From Rhizodiscina lignyota (taxonomy: Eukaryota), in NCBI GenBank assembly GCA_010015805.1, contig ML978127.1:434001-498000 (forward strand): 64,000 nucleotides of DNA, written 5' to 3'. Below are positions 37,926-48,369 of this stretch, in pieces. The notes under the pieces were generated by a model that was not told where the DNA came from, ran no database searches, and saw nothing but the letters and a program-made list of their open reading frames with translations. Position 1 is the first letter of the stretch. Every line of letters begins with the position of its first letter. Both the position numbers and the translations under genes were made by a program.

Positions 37926-39464
37926 CTACTCACACTTGTACGAATCAGCCCTCGCCGGATTGCCACCCTTATATACAGATATTTTGGGATACTGGCAAAG
38001 ATACCTCTTCCACTCCGTCTCTTCCACCGTATGATTCGCTGGAATCGTGTCTGGTGCATGTCCTGTCTCTACCCAGCTCACCAATTGTTCCAACGGGTTC
38101 GTGGGTGCTGCACCAGCACCACCGCCGCAGTGGGCAACCCCTGGTGCCATGAAGAATCGGTAGAAATCTCTCGCATGCGGATCAAGCCGAAGCACACGCT
38201 GGAAGTAGTCTACTGTCCCGTTGAACATGATGGTCGGATCGGCCATACCGTGCCAGGTTATCATCTTGCCCCCACCGGCTTTGAACCGAGACAAGTCGGG
38301 ATCGGAGGTCCCGATAATCGAGTCGTACTCCTGAATTGCTTTGTGGTATACTGTATCGAACTCCGCTTGTGACATCTTCGTCGGGTCGAAATTGGCGTCC
38401 TTTTGAACGAACAGGCGGATCCAATCCTCAGCAATTGCGAAAGGTACGCCGACGCATTTTCCGTTGGAAGAACAAGTCGTGTTGGCAGTGCTGTCGACAG
38501 CAGAGTCATGTGCGTAGCCGAACCATTCGAAAGCACCGGTTGCACTACGTGCACCTTGCCAGAATTTCATTGCCACTGTTGCACCTGCTCTTGAAATGCG
38601 CCCGGATTTTCCATCTGCGCCTCCATCGCAAGTATAGCGCTTCCCAACGACCGAAAAGGGATTGAATTTGCATAGCCCTGGCGCGCCAATCACTCCATCT
38701 TTCAATCCATCCAGCTCATCACAAGCTTCGATTGACGCATTCCTCAGTGCATTGAGCTCACAAGGACTCGGGACGTAGCCCACATCTCTCATTGCTTGAT
38801 ATGGCCAAAACTGGCCCATTGTGAAGGGGTTCCAATTGATGGCTGGGCTCTGCGCTAGAATCCCGTCATAAGCATCTGGGTACCTCTGCGCCAGCATCAA
38901 TCCTTGCCTGCCTCCTGTTGAGCATCCATTCCAATAGCTCTTCTTGATCTTCTTTCCATAAAAGTTCTCGGTCACCTGCTTTCCTAGCACCGTCATATCA
39001 TTTAGCGCAACACTGGCGAAATCCTGCAGCAGGTATAAGTTCACGTTGCCAGGGCTGAGCAGTGCCCATGTATCTGTGGGCAAGCTGCCGTTGTGACCTC
39101 CATCCGTTCCGCCAGCCGCATAGCCTGCATTTACGGCGGCACCCATGCTGCTTGGAGTCAAGCCGGTCGTCCAACCACCGCCCCCGACGCCTTGGAAGCG
39201 TGAGTTCCATCCAAGCTTGGTGGGAAGCCAAACTTGCACATTGATGTTGTCGCCTTCGCCAGGATGGGTATAGGTAAGTGACACGTTACAGAATGACACC
39301 GACGTGCCGCCACCGAGATCGAAGTCATTCACCTGCGTAGCCTTTAGAGACGTGATACGCCCATTGAAAAGCGTCGGTTTGGAGATGGAGCCCGATGAAC
39401 ATGTTTGTGCCGCTGTCGTGAATGAGGCAGCAAACGCCAGGTAGAGAGCGCTGAGTTTATACAT
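37926..39464 (-). CDS. Secreted tannase/feruloyl esterase family hydrolase
   Basis: Signal peptide MYKLSALYLAFAASFTTAA; WNSRFQGVGGGG; YWNGCSTGGRQG nucleophile motif; HGMAD; PGVAHC. An alternative upstream ATG exists at 39530. Confidence 0.93.
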   Translation of the reverse strand: MYKLSALYLAFAASFTTAAQTCSSGSISKPTLFNGRITSLKATQVNDFDLGGGTSVSFCNVSLTYTHPGEGDNINVQVWLPTKLGWNSRFQGVGGGGWTTGLTPSSMGAAVNAGYAAGGTDGGHNGSLPTDTWALLSPGNVNLYLLQDFASVALNDMTVLGKQVTENFYGKKIKKSYWNGCSTGGRQGLMLAQRYPDAYDGILAQSPAINWNPFTMGQFWPYQAMRDVGYVPSPCELNALRNASIEACDELDGLKDGVIGAPGLCKFNPFSVVGKRYTCDGGADGKSGRISRAGATVAMKFWQGARSATGAFEWFGYAHDSAVDSTANTTCSSNGKCVGVPFAIAEDWIRLFVQKDANFDPTKMSQAEFDTVYHKAIQEYDSIIGTSDPDLSRFKAGGGKMITWHGMADPTIMFNGTVDYFQRVLRLDPHARDFYRFFMAPGVAHCGGGAGAAPTNPLEQLVSWVETGHAPDTIPANHTVEETEWKRYLCQYPKISVYKGGNPARADSYKCE

Positions 39465-40120
39465 CGTTGAAGCGACCCAGCTTCCGAACCCAATCAACCA
39501 GAAAGTGGCAAAGCTCGTAAATTCAACCATCTTCGAGCCATCGCGGGAAGTCTATATAAATGACATCAATGCCTGTGACAAATTTTCCTGCTCTTCTCCG
39601 CTTCGTGGCTTCATGATTCTCCTTAGCCGGTTGGATGTGACCAAGTTTTCATCCGGATCTTGGAGATAATTCCCCGGCACTCCTGATATTGCTGCACTGC
39701 GCTACGATCGTACCTTAGCGAGCCCCTCTCGTTGTTTGTGAGATATCTCGTTTCTGTAGCTCCGCAAGATAAAATTCCTTTCCCCGCACCGGTTGGTTGT
39801 CCGACGAGTCATGCTAGGCCAAATTAGGCAAATTTGGATACTTTGTGTCGACGTCTTGTCTACGTCGAGGAGTTTCCTGTGAAATTCCCGGGAGTAGACG
39901 TTCCGCATGAGTTGGATGTTCATCGTCAATAGTTTTCGAAGGCAATCAGTGTAATGTGCAGCAACTTATTTAAGGAGTATCGTCTTGGAGAGTCGAAGAC
40001 CGCAAGTCTTATTGAAATCATACCCTCAGATGGAAGAAAACAACAGCGCCCACTACTTCTACTGATGACAAACTCTGGTGGAGAATGAATATCAGTGACG
40101 TGTCTACCGAGGCAACCCTC

Positions 40121-41377
40121 TCACGATTCCTTAGCCCACTGTTTACCGCTCCAGAGATTTTCCGTCGTCCACAACCAGTAATCTCTTCCTTTTATCAGCC
40201 ATACCAGAAAACTAGGCAATGAGTACCCCATAGCAGCTCCAACGCCCTTGTTCCTCCCAATCGGAACCAATTGTGTCTCGCGCTTGTCTTCTTTGAAAAC
40301 CCGGTCTTCCCCAATGGCATTCTTGTCCTTGCCAGAGTCCAGCAGTAAATCACGGTTTATGTTTGTGCAGAGCACGGGGATAGCTTCGAGGATGAGGTGA
40401 ACGGCAGGCCGTGCGGACGATGCTACATCGCCGATAGCGTAGACGCGTAGCCCGGCTTTGTCGACTCGCAATGTTGAGGCGTTTGTGTCTATGCGGCCGT
40501 CTGCACTCAAGAGAGCCTTGGCTACGAACTCAGTATTTGGCGTGGTGCCCATGGCGGGAATGTATATGTCGGCTTCAAGGACCTGTCCATTTTCCAATGT
40601 TACTGCTGCCTTGCTGGTGAGGCTGTCTGACCCAGCATCCAGGGGCTCCACCATCTTGACACGCGCATTCTTTACAACAGTCACTCCAACTTTGGCAAGA
40701 AATTTCTCTGCTTTCTTCGCGATGGCAGGCCGAAGAACAGGCAAAATCTTTGAGCCGGCTGTAACAAGAGTGATAGACGCCTTGGGGTTCTTTAAGCTGG
40801 AGCTGAACCAACCCGCGTGGCCGTTGAGAAACTCGCCGAGCTCTCCAGCTGTTTCGACGCCAGCTGGCCCTCCGCCAGCAATAACAATGCTCTTCGCAGT
40901 CGGCAATGCTTTTCGAAAAGTAGCCCAGCTCGTTCGGAGGAATTCTTCGTCCCGGTTCAACCCAAGCAATGGCGAGGAAGTAGAGGCACCGGTGGCGATA
41001 ACGAGAGCATGGAAAGCGATCATCTCTGTACCACCATCAGCTATACTGACGGACACAGTTCGATTGATGTGGTCCAGCTCAGTTGCTCTGCCATGGACGA
41101 AGCGAAAGCTATCTTTGGGATACTGTTTAAACTGTTCCGGGATGCTGACGAATAACTTCTCTTGTGGGAACATCTCATCTGATATCAGCGCTCGAGGGCA
41201 TGCAGGTCGGTCCATGGCCTGTGATGCGGCGCTGACGATAATGATACGGTACAACTCTGTGTCCGGCAACTTGGGAACAGCATGCTTGAGGAGGTAGTGA
41301 GCAGTAGAGATGCCGCCATATGAACCACCAAGAATGACAATGTTCTTCAGAGGCCCTTGAGGAATATTTTGAGCCAT
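40121..41377 (-). CDS. AIF/AMID-like FAD/NAD(P)H oxidoreductase
   Basis: GGSYGG, LVIATG, GGGPAGVETAGEL, VYAIGD and C-terminal VWLIKGRDY. Confidence 0.9.
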   Translation of the reverse strand: MAQNIPQGPLKNIVILGGSYGGISTAHYLLKHAVPKLPDTELYRIIIVSAASQAMDRPACPRALISDEMFPQEKLFVSIPEQFKQYPKDSFRFVHGRATELDHINRTVSVSIADGGTEMIAFHALVIATGASTSSPLLGLNRDEEFLRTSWATFRKALPTAKSIVIAGGGPAGVETAGELGEFLNGHAGWFSSSLKNPKASITLVTAGSKILPVLRPAIAKKAEKFLAKVGVTVVKNARVKMVEPLDAGSDSLTSKAAVTLENGQVLEADIYIPAMGTTPNTEFVAKALLSADGRIDTNASTLRVDKAGLRVYAIGDVASSARPAVHLILEAIPVLCTNINRDLLLDSGKDKNAIGEDRVFKEDKRETQLVPIGRNKGVGAAMGYSLPSFLVWLIKGRDYWLWTTENLWSGKQWAKES

Positions 41378-42288
41378 CCTCTCAACATCACTGACTTGAT
41401 GTCCAATCGATTCTTAAACGAAGTGCTTTGGGATGTCAAGAAAGGCAAGTTGATTCGAGAGTGAGGCAGAACTTCAACAAAAATGCTCACGACGTTCGCC
41501 CGCTGAATAACACGAATTGGTCTATTGTTGTTACAATTTGAGCGGTGACTCCGTATATGTAGAAGAACGAGCTCTGGTGCAAGGGGTGGGCGGGTTGTGC
41601 ATCCGTAGACACGGAATCTCGGACAGATATTTGACAGTAGTCCCGGTCTTGCATTGAGAGTATATGAGAACTGGAGGCAGAGCACGTCCGCAACATTCTT
41701 TGCTGTTCATACTTCGTATGTAGAAGGTGGAAAAGGAAGGGGAAAACGGTCGAACTAATAAGGGGAAGACCAGAATGGGTTAGCGTTATATATCGGGCCG
41801 ACGGGTGAATTCGTTTTCCGCTTCCGGCAACCCAAAACTTTCAACCCTCTCATGGCAATTGCGAAATCGCGAAGGATTAGCGACATCTTACCCACTTTGC
41901 GCTGTCACGAAAGTTCCATGTGCAGCTTTTGCTGTCTATGACAAGTACTTCATCGTTCGACGTCCATTGACTGAGACTCAGATATTCGTGCGGCGATATC
42001 ATAGCGCAACCCTGGCTGTCGCTTTCCAGTCACGCAAACCAGTGCTGGAAGCCAGATCTGCTTTGAGTATCAAACAGCAAACAGAAAATTAATGCGCTGA
42101 CACTATCTGTTTGCACAGTAAGGCTGCAATAATAGGGCTTTGTATAAACGGTCATGCTCTAGACCCCACGTTCAGAGCTCTAGGTATAAAAGAGCACGTA
42201 TGAATTAGGATCGTCAAGCTCACGCATCTATTCTACTTTACCCAGAGGGATCACACAGCAGATATTTCGTCAAACAACTCCGTTAACC

Positions 42289-42456
42289 ATGAACCCTACA
42301 AGAAAGCAAAAAGCCGTGATACTCTTCATTGGAGCACTTATTATATTTAGCCTTGGAATGTGGTATTCTTGGTCGCCTTTGGTAGTCGTGGGTGTAAATA
42401 TCGCCTTTCATATAGCGTTCTTAGCATTTATGGAGCGTTATGATAATTTGGTTTGA
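42289..42456 (+). CDS. Candidate 55-aa two-helix membrane microprotein
   Basis: ACC ATG start; MNPTRKQKAVILFIGALIIFSLGMWYSWSPLVVVGVNIAFHIAFLAFMERYDNLV; TATAAAAG about 100 bp upstream. Confidence 0.35.
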   Translation: MNPTRKQKAVILFIGALIIFSLGMWYSWSPLVVVGVNIAFHIAFLAFMERYDNLV

Positions 42457-43142
42457 GGATTGGTTGGTTTCAAGTACGTAACTAATAATTTCTGGCACAT
42501 AGTGCGCGACAGTCGCCCTTGTACAATGTAGAGAGTCGTCGCATATGCTTCTGTAAGGACGTGGGTTGCGTAAGAGGATCTTGTTTTGGCATCACACTGT
42601 TTGATTTTTTTGATTGCGATTGCGTACTCTGTATTTGATCTTCATTGAAGCCCCAAATGTGGACAAACTCGCCGCCCTGATGCAAGTTTGTCTTGTGCCG
42701 ATTCTTCAATAATGGGCCAAACTACTAAACTCCGAATACTTTGCCAGCGATTCGGCGTATGTTGGCGCTCCGGCTCTTATGTTGTTGTACGCTTCTTTCG
42801 ACGTACTATATTTCTTACTGGATGTCTGTTGTCGATCTATATCCTTCGTCACTGTGAGTCTGCTCTGGCACCTCAGAACTGCATTACTATTTCCCATTCA
42901 ACGAGGCGTTGCGAGAACCCCCATACATATCTTCATGTCGCCTTAATTGTACCTTGTCGACTGAGGGGTTTGCTCTGTTGCAGCTTGGGGTGATGCATAA
43001 AGCACTCGATTCGTGCTTCTCGATAACGCCGGCTCACGAGGCCACAGAACTTGTGCGTTTAGTGTGGAGCATCGTAGTTCTAACGGGTAAGTCATTACCG
43101 CTCGAACTTTTGCCCTTGGATCGATTCCGGATCGTAAACAGC

Positions 43143-43835
43143 TCAGAGTCTTCCTTTCCACTGGGCCTTTGGCTCAAGGAACATCCCTTCTGCCCTTGCG
43201 AACACCCCGCCCGCACCATCTTCCACCGTTGACACAATCCACGTCTTCCGCCCTTCCACGCGTTCAAACCAACATCGTCCCATGATGGGCCCAGGCGTGG
43301 GCACCGGCCGCTTAAACGTGACATTCAGATACGCCGTGAAAGCGCTGATTTGCTTGGCTTCTCCGATGATACGCTCTTTCAATTGCAAGTTGACCGTGAT
43401 GAGAATTCCCATAATCTCGTCAAGGATCGTCGAGACGAAGCCGCCGTGGCAGATGTCCGCGTAGCCATTGACACCGGATCCGAGATTGAGTAGGAGGGTG
43501 ACTTCTTGGATCGGATAGTTATTATCTGTTCCCTTGAGATACGGATCAGAGCTAGCAGTCGTATGTGATGTTGGAACTCCAGGCCGGCGAAATAGTGTCA
43601 GGCAATTTCTGATTGTCTGAGAAGTCTGCAGGGTCTCGGCAAAGAACGTGTCTTCTTTGTTACTCTTCGCTTGACGGGATGGCGTAGTAGTAGCAATCCA
43701 GTTTGGATCGTTTATGATGTCTCGACACCATGGAATGGAGAGGAAATGTTGGTTCCCAGCAAGTACGGCTGGAGCTTCCCTTTCCGCCGCTTGTATTTGG
43801 GCAATCCATTCCCGAACGCCACCTATTGATGGCAT
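43143..43835 (-). CDS. PaaI/hot-dog fold thioesterase
   Basis: HFLSIPWC, GSGVNGYADICHGGFVSTILDEIMG and TAYLNVTFKRPVPTPG. Start taken at MPSIGG. Confidence 0.88.
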   Translation of the reverse strand: MPSIGGVREWIAQIQAAEREAPAVLAGNQHFLSIPWCRDIINDPNWIATTTPSRQAKSNKEDTFFAETLQTSQTIRNCLTLFRRPGVPTSHTTASSDPYLKGTDNNYPIQEVTLLLNLGSGVNGYADICHGGFVSTILDEIMGILITVNLQLKERIIGEAKQISAFTAYLNVTFKRPVPTPGPIMGRCWFERVEGRKTWIVSTVEDGAGGVFARAEGMFLEPKAQWKGRL

Positions 43836-44245
43836 CTGGTCTGAGGGAAGTGAGTCTGGCTGAGCTGAGCAAGCAATACTCTTTGCCTGTCCTGCTGTTG
43901 AATTGAGTTTGTACTCCACGATTTCAAGATGGCTACAGTAGAACCGCTGCGGATAAGTATCTGCATCCGAGGTACCGGCCACCGGGCTTCGGGTGGAGGC
44001 GTACCTAAACCTAGGTACAAGAGTCTTTGACCGGCTGATCTCCGGGTACGTTCGCGCACGTGTTGCGCTCTGCACCAGTTCGTGCCCGCCGTTCGCGCCT
44101 GCAGGAGGACCCACTGTTCTTCTAAAAGAAACATCCAACTCATATAACGATGACGATGCAGTGAACCAGTCCACAAAGCAGTCTTCAGGAAGACACAAAC
44201 CCGGATTCGTCCGAGAGGTAAAGCAGCGCATCCAATTGAAGAACT

Positions 44246-45263
44246 ATGGACCGGAAGATGGAGCTGGACGAGCTTCGAGAGATCCATGATTTCTTAATCA
44301 CACTTGCAAAGAGGGCTGGGGAGACGATAACTTCGGCGAAACCTTCAACTGGCGCGGCTGGATCAAAGAAGAACTGTAAGAATGGCCAGATGCGATATGT
44401 TGATCTTTTATGCAAATGTCACTTGTATCATGATTCGATATTTCAATATTCAAAATCAACTCCAATTCCTAAGCTATCCTAAGGGAAGTTCATTTTGCTT
44501 ACATCTAGTAGCTGTGGACCTCGTGACCGAAACCGACCAAGCAGTTGAAAAGGCCATTTCTACTTCTCTGAAAGAGAAATACCCATCGTTCAGCTTTATG
44601 GGCGAAGAAACGTACGAACCAGGGACGCGCCTTCCACCTTCGCCAACATTCATAGTCGATCCTATCGACGGCACCACCAATTTTGTGCATGGCTACCCAT
44701 ATGTCAGCATATCCCTTGGTCTTGCTGTCAACTTGCAGCCAGTTGTCGGTGTTGTGTACAACCCGTTCACGAGGACGTTGTACAGCGCCATCGCCGGACA
44801 AGGAGCCTTCATGAACCAAAGTGAGCGACTCCCACTGAGGGAGCCAGAGCCGATGCATGACCTTGGCGAATTGCAGGTGTGCGTAGAGTGGGGCAGCGAC
44901 AGAAGCGGCAACGACTTCCACGTCAAGGCTCACACGTTCCGGAGGCTGGCCGGGAGCAAAGAAGAGGGCGGCGCGATGGTCCATTCTCTTCGTAGTTTCG
45001 GATCTGCAGCACTGAATCTGTGTGGCGTTGCGAGTGGAAATTTAGATGTATATTGGGAGGCAGGTTGCTGGGCATGGGACGTCTGTGCGGGAATGGCGAT
45101 TCTTAAGGAGGCGGGTGGCATTATGGTAGACGCTAATCCAGGGAACTGGGATCCAAGTCTTGAGGGGAGGAGATACCTCGCGGTCAGGAATGGAGAGGGC
45201 CAGAAGGAGATCGTTGAGCAATTCTGGAGCCACATTCAAGGCCGCTTTGAGGTCGGTGTCTGA
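44246..45263 (+). CDS. Inositol monophosphatase (intron 44376-44511)
   Basis: KKNSVDLVTETD, MGEE, VDPIDGTTNFVHG, GSAALNLC and WAWDVCAG. Confidence 0.93.
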
Positions 45264-45392
45264 GGTGAGACAAAGGCAGAAATGGTAGGATACCATTAAA
45301 AGGCGGGCTGAAGGGTGGATGGCGTCTAGAGGTGCCATGCTATAGACAAGGTAGACGGAAGCTCACAAGAATTACACTCCTTTAAGAAATTT

Positions 45393-47490
45393 CTATTCAA
45401 CCAAGTTTAGGAGCGTATTGCGGGTGTCCGTAAGCCGTGTCCTCTTCCCCTCGTCAATGTCTACGCGCTGCGGAGAGTTAGCATAGTCCAATACCACAAA
45501 GGGGCGCATCCAAACCTTGCTCTTCAAAACATGTTGTATCAAAAACAATACATTTTCTCGATCCTTATTTGGTGGCGGTTGGCTCGGACCCTGAGCAGGA
45601 TGAGCTTGGGCTGGGAGAACTTGGCTGGGGACTGGCTGGCGTTCCTCTGTAACTTCGGGTAGTAGAAGTAGTTCATTCGTGCTTCCGGTGCCTCCTCCCG
45701 TGTCGCTAACAGCCGGTGTAGAGAATTTTTCGATTGCCTCTATGAGCTGATTTGCCGCGAACGCCTGTGACATTACCTCGCCGCTCTTTTCGCACGATGC
45801 TATGAGCGCCAGGCCAAACCAGCAATCGGACTTGATGAAGGGGATCTCGCTGTATCTCGCGGAGCCTATCACCGTGTTTAGAAGGTGGCCGGTTTCAAAG
45901 AACTGCTGCACGTCGCTGGCGTCTTCGCAAGGCCCTGGTTTTACTATGCAACGAGCGACCGCGACGACAAGTCGAGCACACTCCGCGACCGCATTCGTTG
46001 CAAACGGGCTTTCAACATCAAATCGAGAGCAGCGCTCCGTCACAGTTGCCAAATTAACCCAGTCAATGGTTGATGAAGGAGCAAGGAGTCGTTGACAAGT
46101 GGGTAGATGATTCTGCGCCATTTGTCGCATAACGCGCAATCCCGCAAAGGCCACTTGCAAATCGTCGTCATCTATGAGGCGCTGGCAGTCGGTAATTATG
46201 CCACTCGCGAGTAAGAGATCCCTGTTCTCAGCTGGTCGTGCGAGATGTCTCAGAAGGCCAGCTGCGGCATGCCTAGTTTCTCGGTCGTAACTTTTGTTCC
46301 GTATTATTTCCCGAGCACCCTTTAAAGCGGTCGTCTTTTGAGCCATGTGAATCGTCACTTCGTCTGCTAGAGCGGTATTCCCGAGGAGAAAGCAGCCGCA
46401 ACGTTTTAAGGCCTCCTTTTTCGAGTTGAGAAAGTCGGTTACCAGCATCCCTCGGATACGCTCGTCCTGTTCCGCAATTTTCGAAAACTGATCTGTAGTG
46501 GAAAATCGGATCAAGCTGATGATCAATTTCTCACATGATTCCCGGATTGAATCTCGCAGCTCCTGTTCCGATTCATAGTCCACCTCACGCCCGTCTGCTG
46601 GACCTTCGTCATCCGCACAATCGTACGCATTGAGAAGGGCGGTCATAAGAGAGATGATAAGCTCTGGGTTCCATTCTTGATTTCTAAGAGCCTTGGAACC
46701 CAGGTAGATTGTGGCAGCAGTGAGTAGGTCACTGGTGAATAGCTTGTCTCCGAACCTGTCCATCGACATGACACTAATCATGCCATCGCGGGCCTTCCGA
46801 GAGTCGAGCGCAGAGATATCTGCTTCGACTGCTTTTTCAAGGAGGTTGCGCAAGAGCTCAATTGCCTCGCAGTCAATGTCCTTCGATATCTTCTTCTCGG
46901 CAAGTAAACTAATAAGCCTCTCATGAAGTCGTAGCGATGCAGCCGCATACGCGAGATTGTCTACAAATGTTAGCCATGTCTCGGCGGAAATAAAGCGTGG
47001 AAATACCATTGTCAAAAACGATATTGTACAGGGCACCAATAGTGATATCGACCAGTGCGGATTGCTCGAGAGCCTCGATGACGGATCTTAGAACTAGCTT
47101 CACAAGTTCACGATTTTCATCTAAGATTCGTTAGGTTTAACCGTTAATTCATACAATATTCTAATAGTCACCATTGTCGATGCAGCAATTTCCAATCAAT
47201 CTCAATGCTTGTGCCGAGATATCTGGATTGTCCTTCTGCGGATCCAGGGCATGGAGTTCTTGGAGAAATATGCCATGTTCACTAAACGGGTCACGCCAGA
47301 GTTCCTCTCGACTTGCGTCCGCTATCTGTTTGAGAGCATGGAGATAAGCGCCTTGATTCTCCTGTCGAAGTTGTTTGAGTGCCGCGCACGCGCCTATCAA
47401 ACCATCTTCATCGTCCACCCCGGCGATTCGGAAATAGTCGTTGAGGATAATTAGACCGTCGACTCTCGCTTCTTCGTCGCACCCACTCAT
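45393..47490 (-). CDS. ARM-repeat protein, Bem4/SmgGDS-like GTPase-binding (multi-exon)
   Basis: QALRLIGNCCIDN, GCFLLGNTA and HAAAGLLRHLARPAENR ARM segments; ORFs separated by short introns. Confidence 0.7.
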
Positions 47491-47670
47491 GAGCTTTGGG
47501 TTGTGAAAAGGTCTCTTTGGCTGTTATATGTTGAGAGGAAGATGAACGACATCACAACACTGCGAAGAGTAAATAGAGTATGTATGTCTAACGGAATTTG
47601 CCGTTAACGATTGTGCACGACATCCCACACGCTGCGCACAGCGGAGTACTAGCGTACTTCACTGTCCAGG

Positions 47671-47902
47671 CACGGGGTGACAAAATAGTTGAGTCCTGTA
47701 AAGTTTAATCGTATTCAGCGAAAGCGAGGTTTCCTCTTCAACGCTAGCGAGAGTATCTCTGAAGGGTCGATAAGTTATATACTGGAGTTCGTTTATCTAA
47801 AACACGCAGCTTCAGCGTGTATCTTATATTAACTATCGAGGATATACAACCTCGCAGTTCTATATATTGCAGTCACGACTCAACTATTTTGTCACCCACT
47901 TG
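47671..47902. mobile_element. MITE-like non-autonomous DNA transposon
   Basis: Perfect 21-bp inverted repeats GGGTGACAAAATAGTTGAGTC (47675-47695) and its complement (47877-47897); AT-rich non-coding interior; CCAGG on both flanks. Confidence 0.72.
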
Positions 47903-48369
47903 CCAGGGTGAGCTAGAACTAAACCTGTAAAGAAGCTTCTCCAACCTTAGGTGCATAGTACACGAGCAGTGATTGAAATCGAAACGAAGCCTTTCCGTGC
48001 TCTTAGTTCACGCTGTGCGAGCCTCTATTGACCCTGAGCAGTACACTTACTCATGGCCAGATACATGGTATACGAGCGTCTGTTGAAATTGAGCACGAGT
48101 GTCTTCTGCTCTTATGGGTCTGTTCATGTGGGTTGCATGATATGTTGGAGAAGGCTCTCCGCTCTCATAACTCTGCATTCAGTATTTGTGAGCTTCAGCT
48201 TGTCGGTAAAGCGATCGATGCACATGCTCGAGAAGTGTCTTCAAGACTTCAAGTCATAATGTAAAGAGATGAATTCAAACCACTGGCAAAGCTAAGGATC
48301 TATAGTAAAAACACAACCCCAAGAAACTCCTAAGAAAAATCCCCAGAAAAGCATGCCCAATACTCCTAT

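Noticed and set aside
43836..44231. 132-codon N-terminal extension of the thioesterase ORF
   Set aside because: Begins at an ATG only about 15 bp from the divergent IMPase start, spans the shared promoter, and shows no recognisable protein features.
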